From Octopus vulgaris (Eukaryota), in NCBI GenBank assembly GCA_951406725.2, contig OX597822.1, forward strand, positions 11,222,001 to 11,286,000: a DNA stretch of 64,000 bases, given 5' to 3'. The translations under genes were made by a program, and so were the position numbers. Within the stretch, counting starts at the first letter, position 1. Every line of letters begins with the position of its first letter. Below the pieces are notes generated by a model, which did not search any database, was not told the DNA's origin, and worked only from the letters and a program-made list of their open reading frames with translations. Of this stretch, positions 1 through 13,379 are shown piece after piece.

Positions 1-125
1 CATTCTACTCAGCTGGCAAAATGAGTAATCCTGAGAAGGGCCATCAACCCGTCCAGGAGGAATATGTTCTCCACAGAATCCAGGAAAGCGGCTCTTATGA
101 AGCTACGGTTCGGGATGGACTTTTG
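1..125 (+). mobile_element. 3' part of a SINE body (truncated by window edge)
   Basis: ctcagctggcaaaatgagt resembles the internal segment of the SINE at 26302-26629 (ctcagctgcaaaaaatgagt on its minus strand). Confidence 0.35.
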
Positions 126-844
126 ATAACTTTTTTCTGGATACATACACATATTTTATTTTTTCACCACCCAAATATATATAACTTTATCTGATTCGAG
201 ATCCACCATTCCGAAAGAGAAGTATTTCACGTTCTCTCGAAGTTCTACATTCTTATGAAATCAATAACATACATTTCTTGCTTGAAGGAACAAAGTTCCG
301 AAAATGAAGATTGCTTTGGTCCATTGGTAGACGCCTGTTATGTCCATAGAAGGTACAGGTTCGATACTCAAGATCAGCCTTCGAACTCCCTTATATACAA
401 GGGTTTTTAACTCAATATTTTCACGCTAGTATTTCGAGTTCCACTATTCCCCCCAAAAAATTCCCACCAAAAAAATAATAAAACACACACAAAAAAACAG
501 CGAAGCAATATACATACATACATACATTCATATTTAAATGTCTGTGGAAAACCGTGACAATAAGAACTCTCATACAAAAATATTTAAAAAAACATAAAAG
601 CTTGAATGAAGAAAATGAAGAGTCGAAAAGAACTGAACAGCAAAAGAATTCTATTGTTAAATATTTTTGTAGCCATCATGAATTGGAAGAGCCTGTCTGT
701 CGTTGGTGAATGTATATATATATTTCATTTCCTGGCTCTGTTGAAGATGATGTTAAATATATTCTCTCAGTCAGATTGGTACTTTTTGAATTGGAATAAA
801 CAATTCTTTCTATTATAGGCAAACAATTCTTTCTATTATAGAAA

Positions 845-1027
845 TTTTGTGGGAAGATTTAGTCGATTACATCGACTCCAATATTCAAGTGTCTCACTTA
901 TTTTATCGATCCCAAAAGGGTGAAAGGCTAAATCGACCTCGGCGATTTTTGAACTCAGAACGTAAACGGCAAGAAATAATGCTAAGCATTTGGTGACATA
1001 TTAACCATTCTGCCAGCTCGTTGCCTT
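845..1027 (-). mobile_element. tRNA-derived SINE, family A
   Basis: Reverse complement gives gagctggcagaa head (A box), ctgagttcaaa (B box) and the gaggtcgatt..cctttcaccc..gggatcgataaaataag core shared by >15 copies in the window. Confidence 0.85.
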
Positions 1028-2461
1028 TGCATTGGAATAAATAATAGCACAATTTTTCTGAATACTTCTACAAGAGCATAGAAACGATTCCGGCCCTCTA
1101 ACCACTCAAGAGGGTTACAATGCGGACAATAGCTCCGAATGTGGGACCAGAGGAGTATCCAACAATCATGAACTCTATACGACCCGACCCCATAAGACGT
1201 GTAAGAAGTTAAGGGCCAAAGCACGTACATGGAGGGGCGCCTCCTTCTCTGAAGACGCTCTGCTATTCAGCTTTCCTAAGTGATTTTTTACTACCAAAGT
1301 TGAATGCAATACAGACCGTTCTACATGAACGGAAACCTTGTTTGTTAACCTTCCCTCAGTATCTGATAAGCTTTGTATGTTGTAGATCTGGCTGAGATAA
1401 TGACAGATTAAAGTTTGCTGGGTTTATCTCTTGATTATTACCAATGTATTACCCAGTTTTGACAAAATATACTTTTGCCGAATGTTTAGTCTTTGAGAAA
1501 TATCTGGAATGCACTCCATCCAGCTCTACTCTTTATATCCGCGCACCATCTTTTGTTAATCCGTTTGCTTTCATGTTTCTCCTAATATCTCAACTTCCTG
1601 GTATCCCAACCTTTATTACTTGTTTTATACACACACATGCTCATACACATACACACACAAATGCACACACACGCACACACATACGCATACACACATATAC
1701 ACACACAAACACACAGGCACACATACACGCATGCACACACATACACACACATGGGCACACATACACATGCACACATATACGCATACATAAACATACACAC
1801 GCACACACACAAACACACAACATACACACGTGCGCGCTTATACACGCACACATGTATAGAAGAATACACAATTCATTTTTAATCCGATCTCTTTTTGTGG
1901 ATTAAAATAGTTCTACAGTTGCTAGACTACATGTACGCAAATGTACCCCTTTCTCTCGCACTCTTTCTCTGTAACCACCCACTCACACATTGATGAAAAT
2001 GTGACACTGATGGAAGTCAAAGGAACGCACAGAAATAGAGGAGCTTCATGCAGGGTCAGTACCGTTTCAGTTGAAACGACAGAATGCATTCAGGAGAATG
2101 GATACACATACTTAGGAATACTAGAAGTCGTGAAAAGGAAAGCAGTGGACTGCTGCCTAACTGCTGCACATACGCACCTTCATCAGTTGTCAATCAAATA
2201 GCATAACAATTTCGAAAACTTCCGACAACATAGTTCAGTTCGGCGATGTAAACACAATTGAACAATTGAACAGAAAAAGGAAACAACGGGAGACGAATAA
2301 TATGAGATGAGGTTTCCCAACTGAACAATAATGAAAGACGAGTTGTGAGGAGACTGGAGGGAAAATATATAAAACGAAAGAAACAAATAAGCAACGAGAG
2401 TAACAAAAAAATTAGAAACTACTCAGAGAAACACTCGACTCTCTCTCACACACTCTTTCTC

Positions 2462-2877
<416 letters not shown>

Positions 2878-3378
2878 GACACACACACACTCACAGACAC
2901 ACATACATTCTCACACATATACGTACAGAGAGGGTGAGAGATAGAGGGGAGAGAGATAGAGGGGAGAGAGATAGAGGGGAGAGAGATAGAGGGGAGAGAG
3001 AGAGAGAGAGAGAACTGTCAGGGGTATATTTTTGGCCAGATATTTGGAAAGGGAATAAAGATTTGAACAAAATAAGTACATAACATTAATTTTATAACGG
3101 ATAAACGAATAGGTACGTAAACAGAAGCGTGATCGCTTTTGGTTCTCAACCCGGAGCACATTGAGCCCGTAAATTGATAAACACAGAAAGAATTTTAAAG
3201 AAATTCTTGTTCGGTGCCAAATTCAATGGAGATTAGAAGCATAATGTGTCAACGATTAATCTGTCGGACTTTTCAGCCAGTAACTTAAGCATCTGAGCAA
3301 ACAGCAAGTCGTCAGCCGGGTCATAAACCTTCTTGCCTTCTCACTTTAATCCATCTAGCTACCCGTACATACGCCTAG

Positions 3379-3794
3379 TTCTTCTTCTTCTTCTTCTTCT
3401 TCTTCTTCTTCTTCTTCTTCTTCTTTTTTCTCCTTCTCCTCCTCCTGCTCCTTCTCCTGCTCCTCCTGCTCCTCCTTCTATTTCTTTCTCCTTCTCCTTC
3501 TCCTGCTCCTCCTGCTCCTCCTTCTTCTATTTCTTTCTCCTTCTCCTTCTCCTCCTCCACCTCCTCCTCCTCCTTCTTCTTCTTCTTCTTCTTCTTCTTC
3601 TTCTTCTTCTTCCTCCTCCTCCTCCTCCTCCCCTTCTTCTTCTTCTTCTTCTTCTTCTTCTTCTTCTTCTTCTCCTTCTCCTACTTCTCCTCCTCCTTCC
3701 TTCTTCTTCTTCTTCTTCTTCTCCTTCTTCTCCTTCTTCTCCTCCTCCTCCTCCTCCTCCTTCTTCTTCTTCTTCTTCTTCTTCTTCTTCTCCT
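3379..3794. repeat. (CTT)n/(CCT)n polypyrimidine microsatellite
   Basis: Direct reading; source of the poly-L/S/P/K/E ORFs. Confidence 0.95.
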
Positions 3795-4659
3795 CACCAT
3801 TGTCTTTACTTCTGTTTAGTTGACCAGTCAGGCCAGCAATCAGACAGATTAAATATTGAACTAAGCAAGTTAAACAAGCAACGAGCAATTCCTTTCGGAA
3901 GCCAAACAGACAGTAGCCAGGACACTGGCCAGCGACCAGCAAATGGAGCAGGCAATGGCAAAGAAAATGAAATTCGAATGGAATCAAATACATACATACA
4001 TACACAAACTCACACACTCACACATACATATATCTACACACACAAGCGCATATATTAATGTTAGTGCTTATGTGAAATTATATATTAAAATATTTTAACA
4101 TTCAATTGAAGTCATTCAATAATTCCAAATAGCATATATATTATGAATTATTTGCCAGAAAAATGGTTGAGAGTGACTTCGATATTTCGGTTTACTATAT
4201 ATATATAGTATATATATATATATATATAAGTAAACATGATTTCCTTCTTATATATAAGGCTTATTTTACCGATTAAGATTTCTAAACGATGAACATTATT
4301 TTACTTTATTTACACGATATATATATATATGTTATATTTTTATATGCTCCTATATGTATATATATTTATATATGTTTTATATATTTTTATATGTCTATAT
4401 TTTTATATATTACTTATATTATATTTTACTTTCTACGTCCTTATAAATGTATTCTCTTTGAATCGCTAGAATATTAATTCTAAGTTTTAACAAGAATTTT
4501 TCTTGCACCATACCATATTATTATTATATTATTATTATTACGTGCTGTACATATGAATTTTGTTCCATCTTGCGGATTATATGTTTATTCTATAATTAAA
4601 TGTTCGAATTATGAAATGACATGCGGTTGACTTTGTATTTTTGTTCAATGATTTTAGCT

Positions 4660-4698
<39 letters not shown>

Positions 4699-4808
4699 AA
4701 AAGCAATAAAGATTTTTAGTACCTAACTTAGATGCACAAAAAAACTATACTGATTTAACAATACAGTAATGTTGATTATGCAGAATGAAGCAACAAGAAT
4801 GGATAGGT

Positions 4809-4898
4809 TTTTAGTACAATCGTTTCATACAAGGACAGGTTTTATTAAAAGTTGCAAAAATTACGCATATAAACGTGTCCCGTACTCATCAGCTAAAA
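4809..4898 (-). ncRNA. Type I hammerhead ribozyme, canonical core
   Basis: Minus strand: stem I TTTTAG - CTGATGA - long stem II (GTACGGGACA..TGTCCTTGTAT) - GAAA - C GATT G - T - A - CTAAAA stem I; GUA cleavage triplet. Confidence 0.75.
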
Positions 4899-5081
4899 TA
4901 CATGTGAGTTCTCTAGACATCCTAGTGGTTGAGGCTATACTCATGAAGTAATATATATATATATATATATATGTACAGTCTTATCACAGAATTTTAAAAT
5001 TGTCTTAATAGCATCACAGAGAAGGTGACCCAATCCATAGTGCACATATGAATTTCCAGAGATATGATGAGGGATTATATA

Positions 5082-5120
<39 letters not shown>

Positions 5121-5125
<5 letters not shown>

Positions 5126-5308
5126 GTAAATGTAATATGTAACAATTATTCGGTAGCCATGATAAAACTTCGTATTTCGGATGCAAGTTTTGTATAACGG
5201 TCATTTTCATAGCATTTTGGATGGCGGCGTGGATTTCCACCTCAGCATCGGAAACTCGGAGTTTTATCATGCCTACCGAATAATTGTCATATATAACATT
5301 TACAGATA
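5121..5308. mobile_element. Palindromic mini-element (~65-bp inverted arms) with decayed hammerhead-like motif; MITE or PLE pLTR remnant
   Basis: 5121-5185 is an imperfect reverse complement of 5245-5308; abuts (TA)n. Confidence 0.7.
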
Positions 5309-5364
5309 AATTCCTCGAGGACTCTTTCATTCTTTTCTTGTCTTGTCATTTTTATCAACACACA

Positions 5365-5592
5365 ATTCCAAAGGTGAATTATCCAAATCTCCAAGAATTC
5401 CTTTCAACACATGGCTATGATACTCCCCCACTACTTCTGCGCATGATCAGAGATGCACATATTGTCAGCCACTAAGGGTAATACTCAATTGGTTATGGTC
5501 AAACAACTGACAAGTAAGGCTGTGGTATTGAGCAGAATATTTGCTGTAGGCCATCTTTTATACCAAGACAAAACAATGTACATGAGAACACA
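5365..5592 (-). mobile_element. Partial copy of TAA-associated element X
   Basis: Reverse complement matches ~52145-52370 (gatatgtgcatctctgatca..agaagtagtggggga..atcatagccatgtgttga). Confidence 0.8.
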
Positions 5593-5638
5593 TTGTTGTT
5601 GTTGTTGTTCTTGTTCTTGTTATTACTATTATTATTGC

Positions 5639-5692
<54 letters not shown>

Positions 5693-5699
5693 TTATTTT

Positions 5700-5815
5700 T
5701 TCTTCTTTCAAATTTGCTTCCATTTCTTGCCAAGTGTCTTCCCGACTCCTAGGGCAAAAAAAATCATAGTATACATTGGGAGGCCATTAAACTAAACTCA
5801 ATAGTTCGTTCATTT
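5700..5815 (-). mobile_element. R4/Dong-type LINE 3' UTR fragment
   Basis: Homologous to 5915-6030 (ttccatttcttgcc..ttcccgac..cct.gggca), between (ATT)n tracts. Confidence 0.6.
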
Positions 5816-5836
5816 AAAAAAAAAAATTTAAGTTAA

Positions 5837-5883
<47 letters not shown>

Positions 5884-5914
5884 GACTATTATTATTATTA
5901 TCATTTTCATTAGC

Positions 5915-6250
5915 TTCTTCTTTCAATTCTGTTTCCATTTCTTGCCGGATGTTTTCCCGACACCTCGGGCAGAGAAACGTTCTGTAAACATTGTTAGGCC
6001 ATTATAACAAGCGCACCAGATTGTTCATTTACAGAGTCATGTGACAGAGAAAAGGAGAAAGACAGAGAGAAAAATGGAAAAATAAAAATAGAAAAGTAAA
6101 CAAATAAAATAAAGGGGGGAAAGGAAAGAAAATTAACAGCGACAATGCTCTTCTCAATACGTGTGACGTACAGTTAAGACAATCTTTTTGCACTTCCTGC
6201 ATGGGGGGCAAGCCAGGAATCATTCTTAAATAATTTTCAGTTCCTTTTAT
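5915..6250 (-). mobile_element. R4/Dong-type LINE 3' end (ORF C-terminus + UTR)
   Basis: IKGTENYLRMIPGLPPMQEVQK..TSHVLRRALS aligns with the C-termini at 53093-53332 and 53498-54042; flanked by (TAA)n on the sense strand. Confidence 0.8.
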
Positions 6251-6254
6251 GATG

Positions 6255-6290
<36 letters not shown>

Positions 6291-6444
6291 CTTAACAAGG
6301 ATGTTGTTGTGAGTGACAAGTAAGCTTCAACCGACAATAGTTTAGCTGGCCGTAACTTCGAGTCACTCTCAACAGCATTTTTGTTTAAATTTGTACTCTA
6401 CCAAAGTATAAAGTAACCCATCAGAAATCTAAATGCTTTCTATT

Positions 6445-6580
6445 GAATCGTTAGTGGTATTTCTAGCAGTTTCTTTACATTCTGAGTTCAAATTCCACTG
6501 TAGTCGACTTTGCCGCTCATCCTTTCGGTATCTATAAAAAAACGTACCAGTTGCTGGCCGTGTACTTATAACAGAAAGGT
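6445..6580 (+). mobile_element. SINE family A (diverged)
   Basis: tctgagttcaaattcc B box plus gtcgactttgcc..catcctttcgg core. Confidence 0.75.
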
Positions 6581-6652
6581 TTATGAATGTCACCCTTCGT
6601 ATTAAAACTGAAAGAGTAGCGTGATTTAAATTTAAATACATACAGCATGCGC

Positions 6653-6686
<34 letters not shown>

Positions 6687-7201
6687 GTACACACACAGAC
6701 ATACACACAAAGAAATATGCAAAAATATACTTGTATTATATAAATTTTAAAACTATTCCTATAGAGTGAAAACAAATAATAATTTTAATCAGTTGAGGAG
6801 ATTATGGTAAACAAGAGCTGGTTACAAGTAGAAATCTAGCGACTCTTATACATGTACACACACACATACAAACAAATCTATTGAGATGTATACAATTCTG
6901 CATATATATACATATATATATGCATATATATACGCACATACATACAATACATACAAACACACACACACACATATACAAACAAATCTATTGAGGTGTATAC
7001 AATTCTGCATATGTATACACACATACATACAATACATACAAACACACACACACACACACACACACAGATATATATATATATATATATATATGCATACATT
7101 ATATATGTATAGATATACATGCGTACACTCACATGTCTATGTATGTATCTCCCTCTGTATATATATATATATAAATATATATATATATACAATATATTTA
7201 T

Positions 7202-7246
<45 letters not shown>

Positions 7247-7254
7247 TATGTATG

Positions 7255-7338
<84 letters not shown>

Positions 7339-7343
7339 TACAT

Positions 7344-7383
<40 letters not shown>

Positions 7384-7692
7384 ATACACACACACATATA
7401 TATATATACACACCCTCACGTACATACACACTCATGTATTTTCCAAGTACTGCACCTCTAACTCGCCATCAATCATAACCGTTGCAACCACGATAGTCAC
7501 TACTACGGTAGGGTACGTCACTCTCGAGGTTTTTGTCGACATTTCAACACTGTTTACTGGAGAAGTTGTAGACACTCGTGGGATTTAATTGCAAGACAAC
7601 ACACCTGATTAAAAATTAAGACGGCAACGATCACCTAAAACAACGATGTTATAGTAACAACAACAACAACAACAATAATAATAATAATCATA

Positions 7693-8720
7693 ATTTCGTG
7701 TATTGGCCACAAGGACTCAATACATTCAGGAGAGTATAGAAAGATGAAATACAACGTACAAATAAAGGGTTTACATTGATCAAAAGGAAATCACAATAAT
7801 AATGCTACAGCAAAAGATATTGAAATGAAATACCTAACCCTCCCCCCGCAAAAGTTTTAATAAGAAAACTTCTAACGTGGGCGAGTCCAACTTGGGAAGT
7901 TTTGGGGGTAAACCCCACAAAGAACGCTTGGATGACTTTGCTATCTGCCAGGCTATAAGTGTGCGCTTTGTCCTCTACTGAGAAAAAGAGCATACTCAAG
8001 GCAGGCCCATTTAGATTCATCAGTGTTGCCATTCTCTCCATCTTTCGATAAACATACTAGAAGACAACACCTACCTCTCTATCTTCATCTCCTTCTTCAT
8101 GTGCCACTTGAAAAAGTTGTTGAGAGCTTGTGTAGATTGGAAAATGGTTGTCTTCAAATCTTCAAACCTTTCAGAAGAGCCCACCACATAACTTCTTCCG
8201 CCACAGCCACTGAGTAAAGAAAGATCTACGTCTCTTCCCTGGCAAAGGAAGTTGGCACATTGATCTTCACTATGCGCTCGGTGGACAACCAGGTTTGTTC
8301 TCGTATACGCAGCAGCAACTATTCAACACGGGTCCACAAATCGTTAATAAAAAGACATTGAAGGATGGCGTGCAGAACGCCTTTTGTTGCCCTGCACGCA
8401 TCTCTGAAACGTTTGGCTGTAGGTGCTTCCACGCTTGCAGAGCTTATCCGAAATAATAGCACATATTCAACATACTGGTCATTGCCATGAGTTCTTGGCG
8501 ATGCGTAAATCCACTAGTTGTCCATCGTGGACTGTAGTACCCTCACCCACACTCTATAGTAATCTAAAGTTTTTTTTTCCAGCCAACGGCATTTCCAGCT
8601 GCTATAATGCTAAACCTCTAATGTCAGTCCTTGCTCGACCGATGATAGCAGTTCGGTCAAGGAGACGAGATGCATAAAGATATGTTTCACAAAAGCCGCC
8701 TACACTAATTCCAATATAGC
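7693..8720 (-). mobile_element. Tx1/L1-clade LINE 3' fragment (decayed)
   Basis: Minus-strand translation (DKLCKRGS..VLHAILQC..DLWTRVE..VAVAEEVMWW..NFFKWHMKK) is colinear with the Tx1-like ORF at 29491-30023. Confidence 0.75.
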
Positions 8721-8779
8721 ATTCATTAATACTCCCAAGAGCACCAACTTTTCAATCACGTGTGTAATATAGCAACACT

Positions 8780-9800
8780 TGCTCCTCAGATGTATCACAG
8801 CTGTTCAACCAAATGACCTGTAGTTATTTAAACTCCATGGTATTAGCAGGGTACGAACTGCTAAATCCTCGGCCATTCATGCTGCCGTAGCTTCCTTCAT
8901 AACTGAATATTTCCCCCAGAATAATAATATACCAGAGTGTATTTATGACATTTTGTATATGAAGGAAATTCTTACATTGCAGTTATCATTTCCTCTCGTA
9001 ATTTTGTCAGACTTTCCAATAGTTGATAATAAATATGTAATGACACAATTTATCTGTTTATATTTATATACCGTTCCCCTTATTGCAATATCTTGCAATA
9101 TTAATATCTCCGTCTAATATCCGCAAACATAACACAGGAACATCTCAACTTCAATAACTGGTGGTTGATACATTCGATTCTGTGTGATCCCGTCGACGAA
9201 CGAAACATGGCGACTTCTTTGACAAGAATTATGAGCTTGTCATTGAATATATATTGGTGAATTCAATGGTAATTTTCCGTTGTCTTCTTGAGGGTTTTCC
9301 AATACTCGGTGTTGACTTGTTTACATCCCTATAACAATAGTAACAGTTCGACAAAAAAGTAAGGTGTTTCCATACGAATCCAGTGTCCTGATAATTGCTG
9401 GATCCGTGATAATTGTTACACCAAACATTACAATTATGAAGGACGAATGGAACTGGCCCAGCACGAACCACGCCTATAATAATGATATCCATCGTGCAAG
9501 TTGCTCATTAAACCAAAACATTAGAACAAGCACCATTACACTTTCTAGTCAAGTGGCGATAGAAAAAGGAGTGATGAGGACAAGTTGTGAATGCTACCGG
9601 AAGTTTTCAGCTTTTACTCTGAACACAAGCGGCCATTGTGTGAAGGACATTTCCCCACAAACACGGGACTGATGTGGGTTTCAACACTCACCACAAGGAA
9701 GACCAGAATTAAGAATATCACTGATTAAGAAGAACAAATTATCTAAGAAAAACCAGCGAACTTCAAGAAAGCTATCTGAAACATTAATTCTATTTAATTC
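8780..9800 (+). pseudogene. Heavily decayed Penelope-like element, Naiad-like GIY-YIG region
   Basis: Fragments QCPDNCWIRDNCYTK, YNND.H.ASC..N..TSTITLSSQV, YSEHKRPLCE and YLRKTSEL occur in the order expected for Naiad-type endonuclease; many stops and frameshifts. Confidence 0.35.
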
Positions 9801-10010
9801 AATTTATTTTTCTAATTGAATGATTTAATTAACTTAAACAACTGAAGCCGGTAGCATAGATTTATAAAAGAATGTACATATGTTCTTCCCTTTCTTCACC
9901 ACAGAGCACTCAGAGCATTTTCTCCATTTATATTTACAAACATTTATATATATAAATGTATATACATGTATATGTATATATTTATCTGTATATATATATA
10001 GGTATATATG

Positions 10011-10043
<33 letters not shown>

Positions 10044-10094
10044 CTTTAGCCACTACACATTCGTTATTTTCTCTCCTTGTTTCTTTCTGTGTTC

Positions 10095-10130
10095 CTTTCT
10101 GTTGAAGAGCGTAGGCTCGAAACGTTAAAG
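10095..10130 (+). ncRNA. Minimal hammerhead-like motif (A6U core variant) in a short repeat ~10045-10220
   Basis: CTTT - CTGTTGA - A - GAGC gtag GCTC - GAAA - CG - T - T - AAAG; palindromic AACGTT stem III. Confidence 0.5.
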
Positions 10131-10218
10131 ACTTTTTCACTTCCCGAGTGTTATACTAATACATCTGTTTGTTGTCTACACCACCTGTCTTCGTCTTTTG
10201 TTCTTTTGTGAAGTCTCC

Positions 10219-10315
<97 letters not shown>

Positions 10316-10486
10316 GCGCACTCACACACCCACATTTTCACACGCATATATAGAAACATAACATTAATTATACAAAAAAATTGATATAAACTTTTTGTAC
10401 AATGTTAAATTCGATTAATGTAAAATTAGACATGGTATTCAGAATCAAATGTACGCATAGATATATATATATACATGCATATATAT

Positions 10487-10550
<64 letters not shown>

Positions 10551-10587
10551 GCATATATATATATACATACATACATACATACATACA

Positions 10588-10656
<69 letters not shown>

Positions 10657-10667
10657 CATTGTCAGAT

Positions 10668-11210
10668 AGAATTAAGATTGTTTAGAAATCCAGTACAATG
10701 TAAATGGGAAATAAAAAAATAACTCTGTAACAAAATAATGCAAAACACCAGTTTACACTTTTACCTTATATTTTCAATATTTCGGGGTTATAACCCCTTT
10801 GTCAGGAGAAAAATGGGAGATAGTGACGAGCATCAGCAACTCTGTTCATTATTTTCTTTTTGTATTTGCTCGTGGCTAGGCATATTTCCTATGCAGCTAA
10901 AATCAAATGTTTCTGTTTTCTTTTTCCGTTACTCGCTTCTAGCTCTGCGCTATTGTTGCTTTTCCACTGTTGCGTACTTCCTCTCCGTCGATTTTTTTGC
11001 CGGGTATATAGTCCTTGGAGTGGTTTTTCTTCATTGCACACAGAAGTCTGTATAAAAGATACGTCCTTCATTTTTCTCCTGACAAAAGGGTTATAACCCC
11101 GAAATATTGAAGTATAAGGTAAAAGTGTAAGCTGATGAATTGTTTTGTATCTGATTTCACTGCATTATTTCTAACTTGCATTGTTCTGGCTTTTGCTTTC
11201 TTAAACAATT
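10668..11210. mobile_element. Inverted-repeat mini-element with a hammerhead-like motif in each arm (probable PLE pLTR remnant)
   Basis: 10748-10815 is the reverse complement of 11069-11134, with weaker extension outward; arm motif CTGACAA-A-GGGGTT at AACCCC-GAAA-TA-TT. Confidence 0.65.
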
Positions 11211-11269
11211 CTCTCTGTCCTCTCACTTTCTCTCTCTCTATCTCTGTCTCCATATATATATATACATAC

Positions 11270-11315
<46 letters not shown>

Positions 11316-11316
11316 G

Positions 11317-11422
<106 letters not shown>

Positions 11423-11643
11423 CATATACATGTGTATGTGCGGGCGCATATATCTAGAAGACACTTGCATATAACATAAAAATTATGCTCCTATACCACC
11501 ACCATCGACAACAACAACAACAAGAAGTATTTCCTCCTCCTCCTACGACTATTAAAAACCGATAAAACAATATTCACATATATTCCATACGCATGACACG
11601 CGAACATACACTACATACACACGACACACACAATAAACACTAC

Positions 11644-11674
<31 letters not shown>

Positions 11675-11732
11675 TTATGTTTGAATTGTTTTCCTATTGT
11701 CAATATCATTGATTTTGACAGTGGAAAACACT

Positions 11733-11766
<34 letters not shown>

Positions 11767-12063
11767 CATACAAAGCCACCCACACGCACACACAAATACA
11801 CTGACATACAAACACCCGCACACAGAGTTTCTGTCGGTCATTATTCGTTTAAAATAAATATTTTTACAATTATTCTTTCAAAGAACAATGACGTCATGTC
11901 GTGTTATTTTTGATTTTCGTTCTTTATGGTTTCTTCTTGTGCCATTATGATTTTCTTTTTTTCTTCTTTTCTATTTGTTCTGTCCCTTTGGCAAGTTTTG
12001 GGGATTATAATTACTATAATGAAACAATGATAATTTTTGTTGTTGTTGTTGTTATTATTATTA

Positions 12064-12115
<52 letters not shown>

Positions 12116-12237
12116 TTGTTACGTCAATCTTAATAAACATTTTTATTAGTATTGTTATTATTATTTTTTATTATTATTGTTATTATTATTATCATCATTA
12201 TTATTATGTTTTATTATTACTGTTATTATTATTATCA

Positions 12238-12303
<66 letters not shown>

Positions 12304-12319
12304 GGTACATGGTATGTCT

Positions 12320-12465
12320 GTGTGGTTAAGAATCTCGCTTTGCATCACGTGGTGTTCTGAGTTCAGTCCCATGCCGTGTAACCTCGAGCAAGTGTCTTCA
12401 ACTACAGTCCCAGGCCGACCAATAAATCGTGAGTATATTTGGTAGACGGAAACTGTGCAGAAGCA
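12320..12465 (+). mobile_element. tRNA-derived SINE, family B (5' half)
   Basis: tgtggttaag..gttcagtccc..gcaagtgtcttc..ggtagacggaaactg; homologous to 27033-27190 and 31457-31562. Confidence 0.8.
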
Positions 12466-13041
12466 TCGGTGCGAAACTAATTAATATCACCTGGCTGATA
12501 ACCGACGAAGAATTAGGGACCTTCTGTGTCTGTTTTCCGTCCGTTTGTGCACTCAATATCCGTTTCCCGTTCGTCTGTACATTCATTATAAGATGTTTAC
12601 TTTTCGTTTGCTCATTTACTTTACATTTTTTTCTCTTATTAAGTAACGGAACGTAACGTATCCTGGCTTTTCTTAACATTAAGTTATTTATATATCCGTG
12701 CGACTCTATTTCTTGCCTTCACTCTTTCTCCTTATTTTTTCTCTCTTCGTCTCCTCCTCTTTTCTCTGTCTTCCCCTCTTCCTTCTATTTGTAGCATTTT
12801 AATCTCTTTACAAGAATGCCTAAACAAGGAAAACCTGTTCACATAAAAGTACAGACCACACCTTAATATCCAAACTTGACCACCTTATCCTTACGTATTC
12901 CTATTTCAACAATTGTACTGAGGAGTTAGTTGTCCCCGTTGCCACCTGTTGCCTCATTTTCTCCACTATCTAGACTCATTCTTATTCTTCAAGCATCCAA
13001 AATGTCAAGACTCCTTTGTCACAAGATATAATTACTTCACA

Positions 13042-13087
13042 ATGTCCCTTGAAAAGCTAATTTAAATAGCGAAAAGCGGTTAGATAT
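13042..13087 (+). ncRNA. Degenerate hammerhead-like motif with U3-A8 core
   Basis: TTGAAAA - GCTA atttaaa TAGC - GAAA - A GCGG T - T - A - GATAT, which can pair with upstream ATGTC. Confidence 0.35.
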
Positions 13088-13200
13088 CACGACATCCATA
13101 AAATATGTATATATATATAAACATTTTTTATAAAGATATATTAAACTATGTGAAGGCATTTCTCTTCCGCTTTTTATATGTTTTCCACATATTTTTAACC

Positions 13201-13235
<35 letters not shown>

Positions 13236-13262
13236 ACGTACGTACATATATGTATATGTATG

Positions 13263-13296
<34 letters not shown>

Positions 13297-13331
13297 TGTA
13301 TGTATGTATGTATCGCTCTCTCTCTCTCTCT

Positions 13332-13378
<47 letters not shown>

Positions 13379-13379
<1 letters not shown>

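Noticed and set aside
11889-11896. Perfect CRE palindrome TGACGTCA
   Set aside because: A single 8-mer is expected about once by chance in 64 kb
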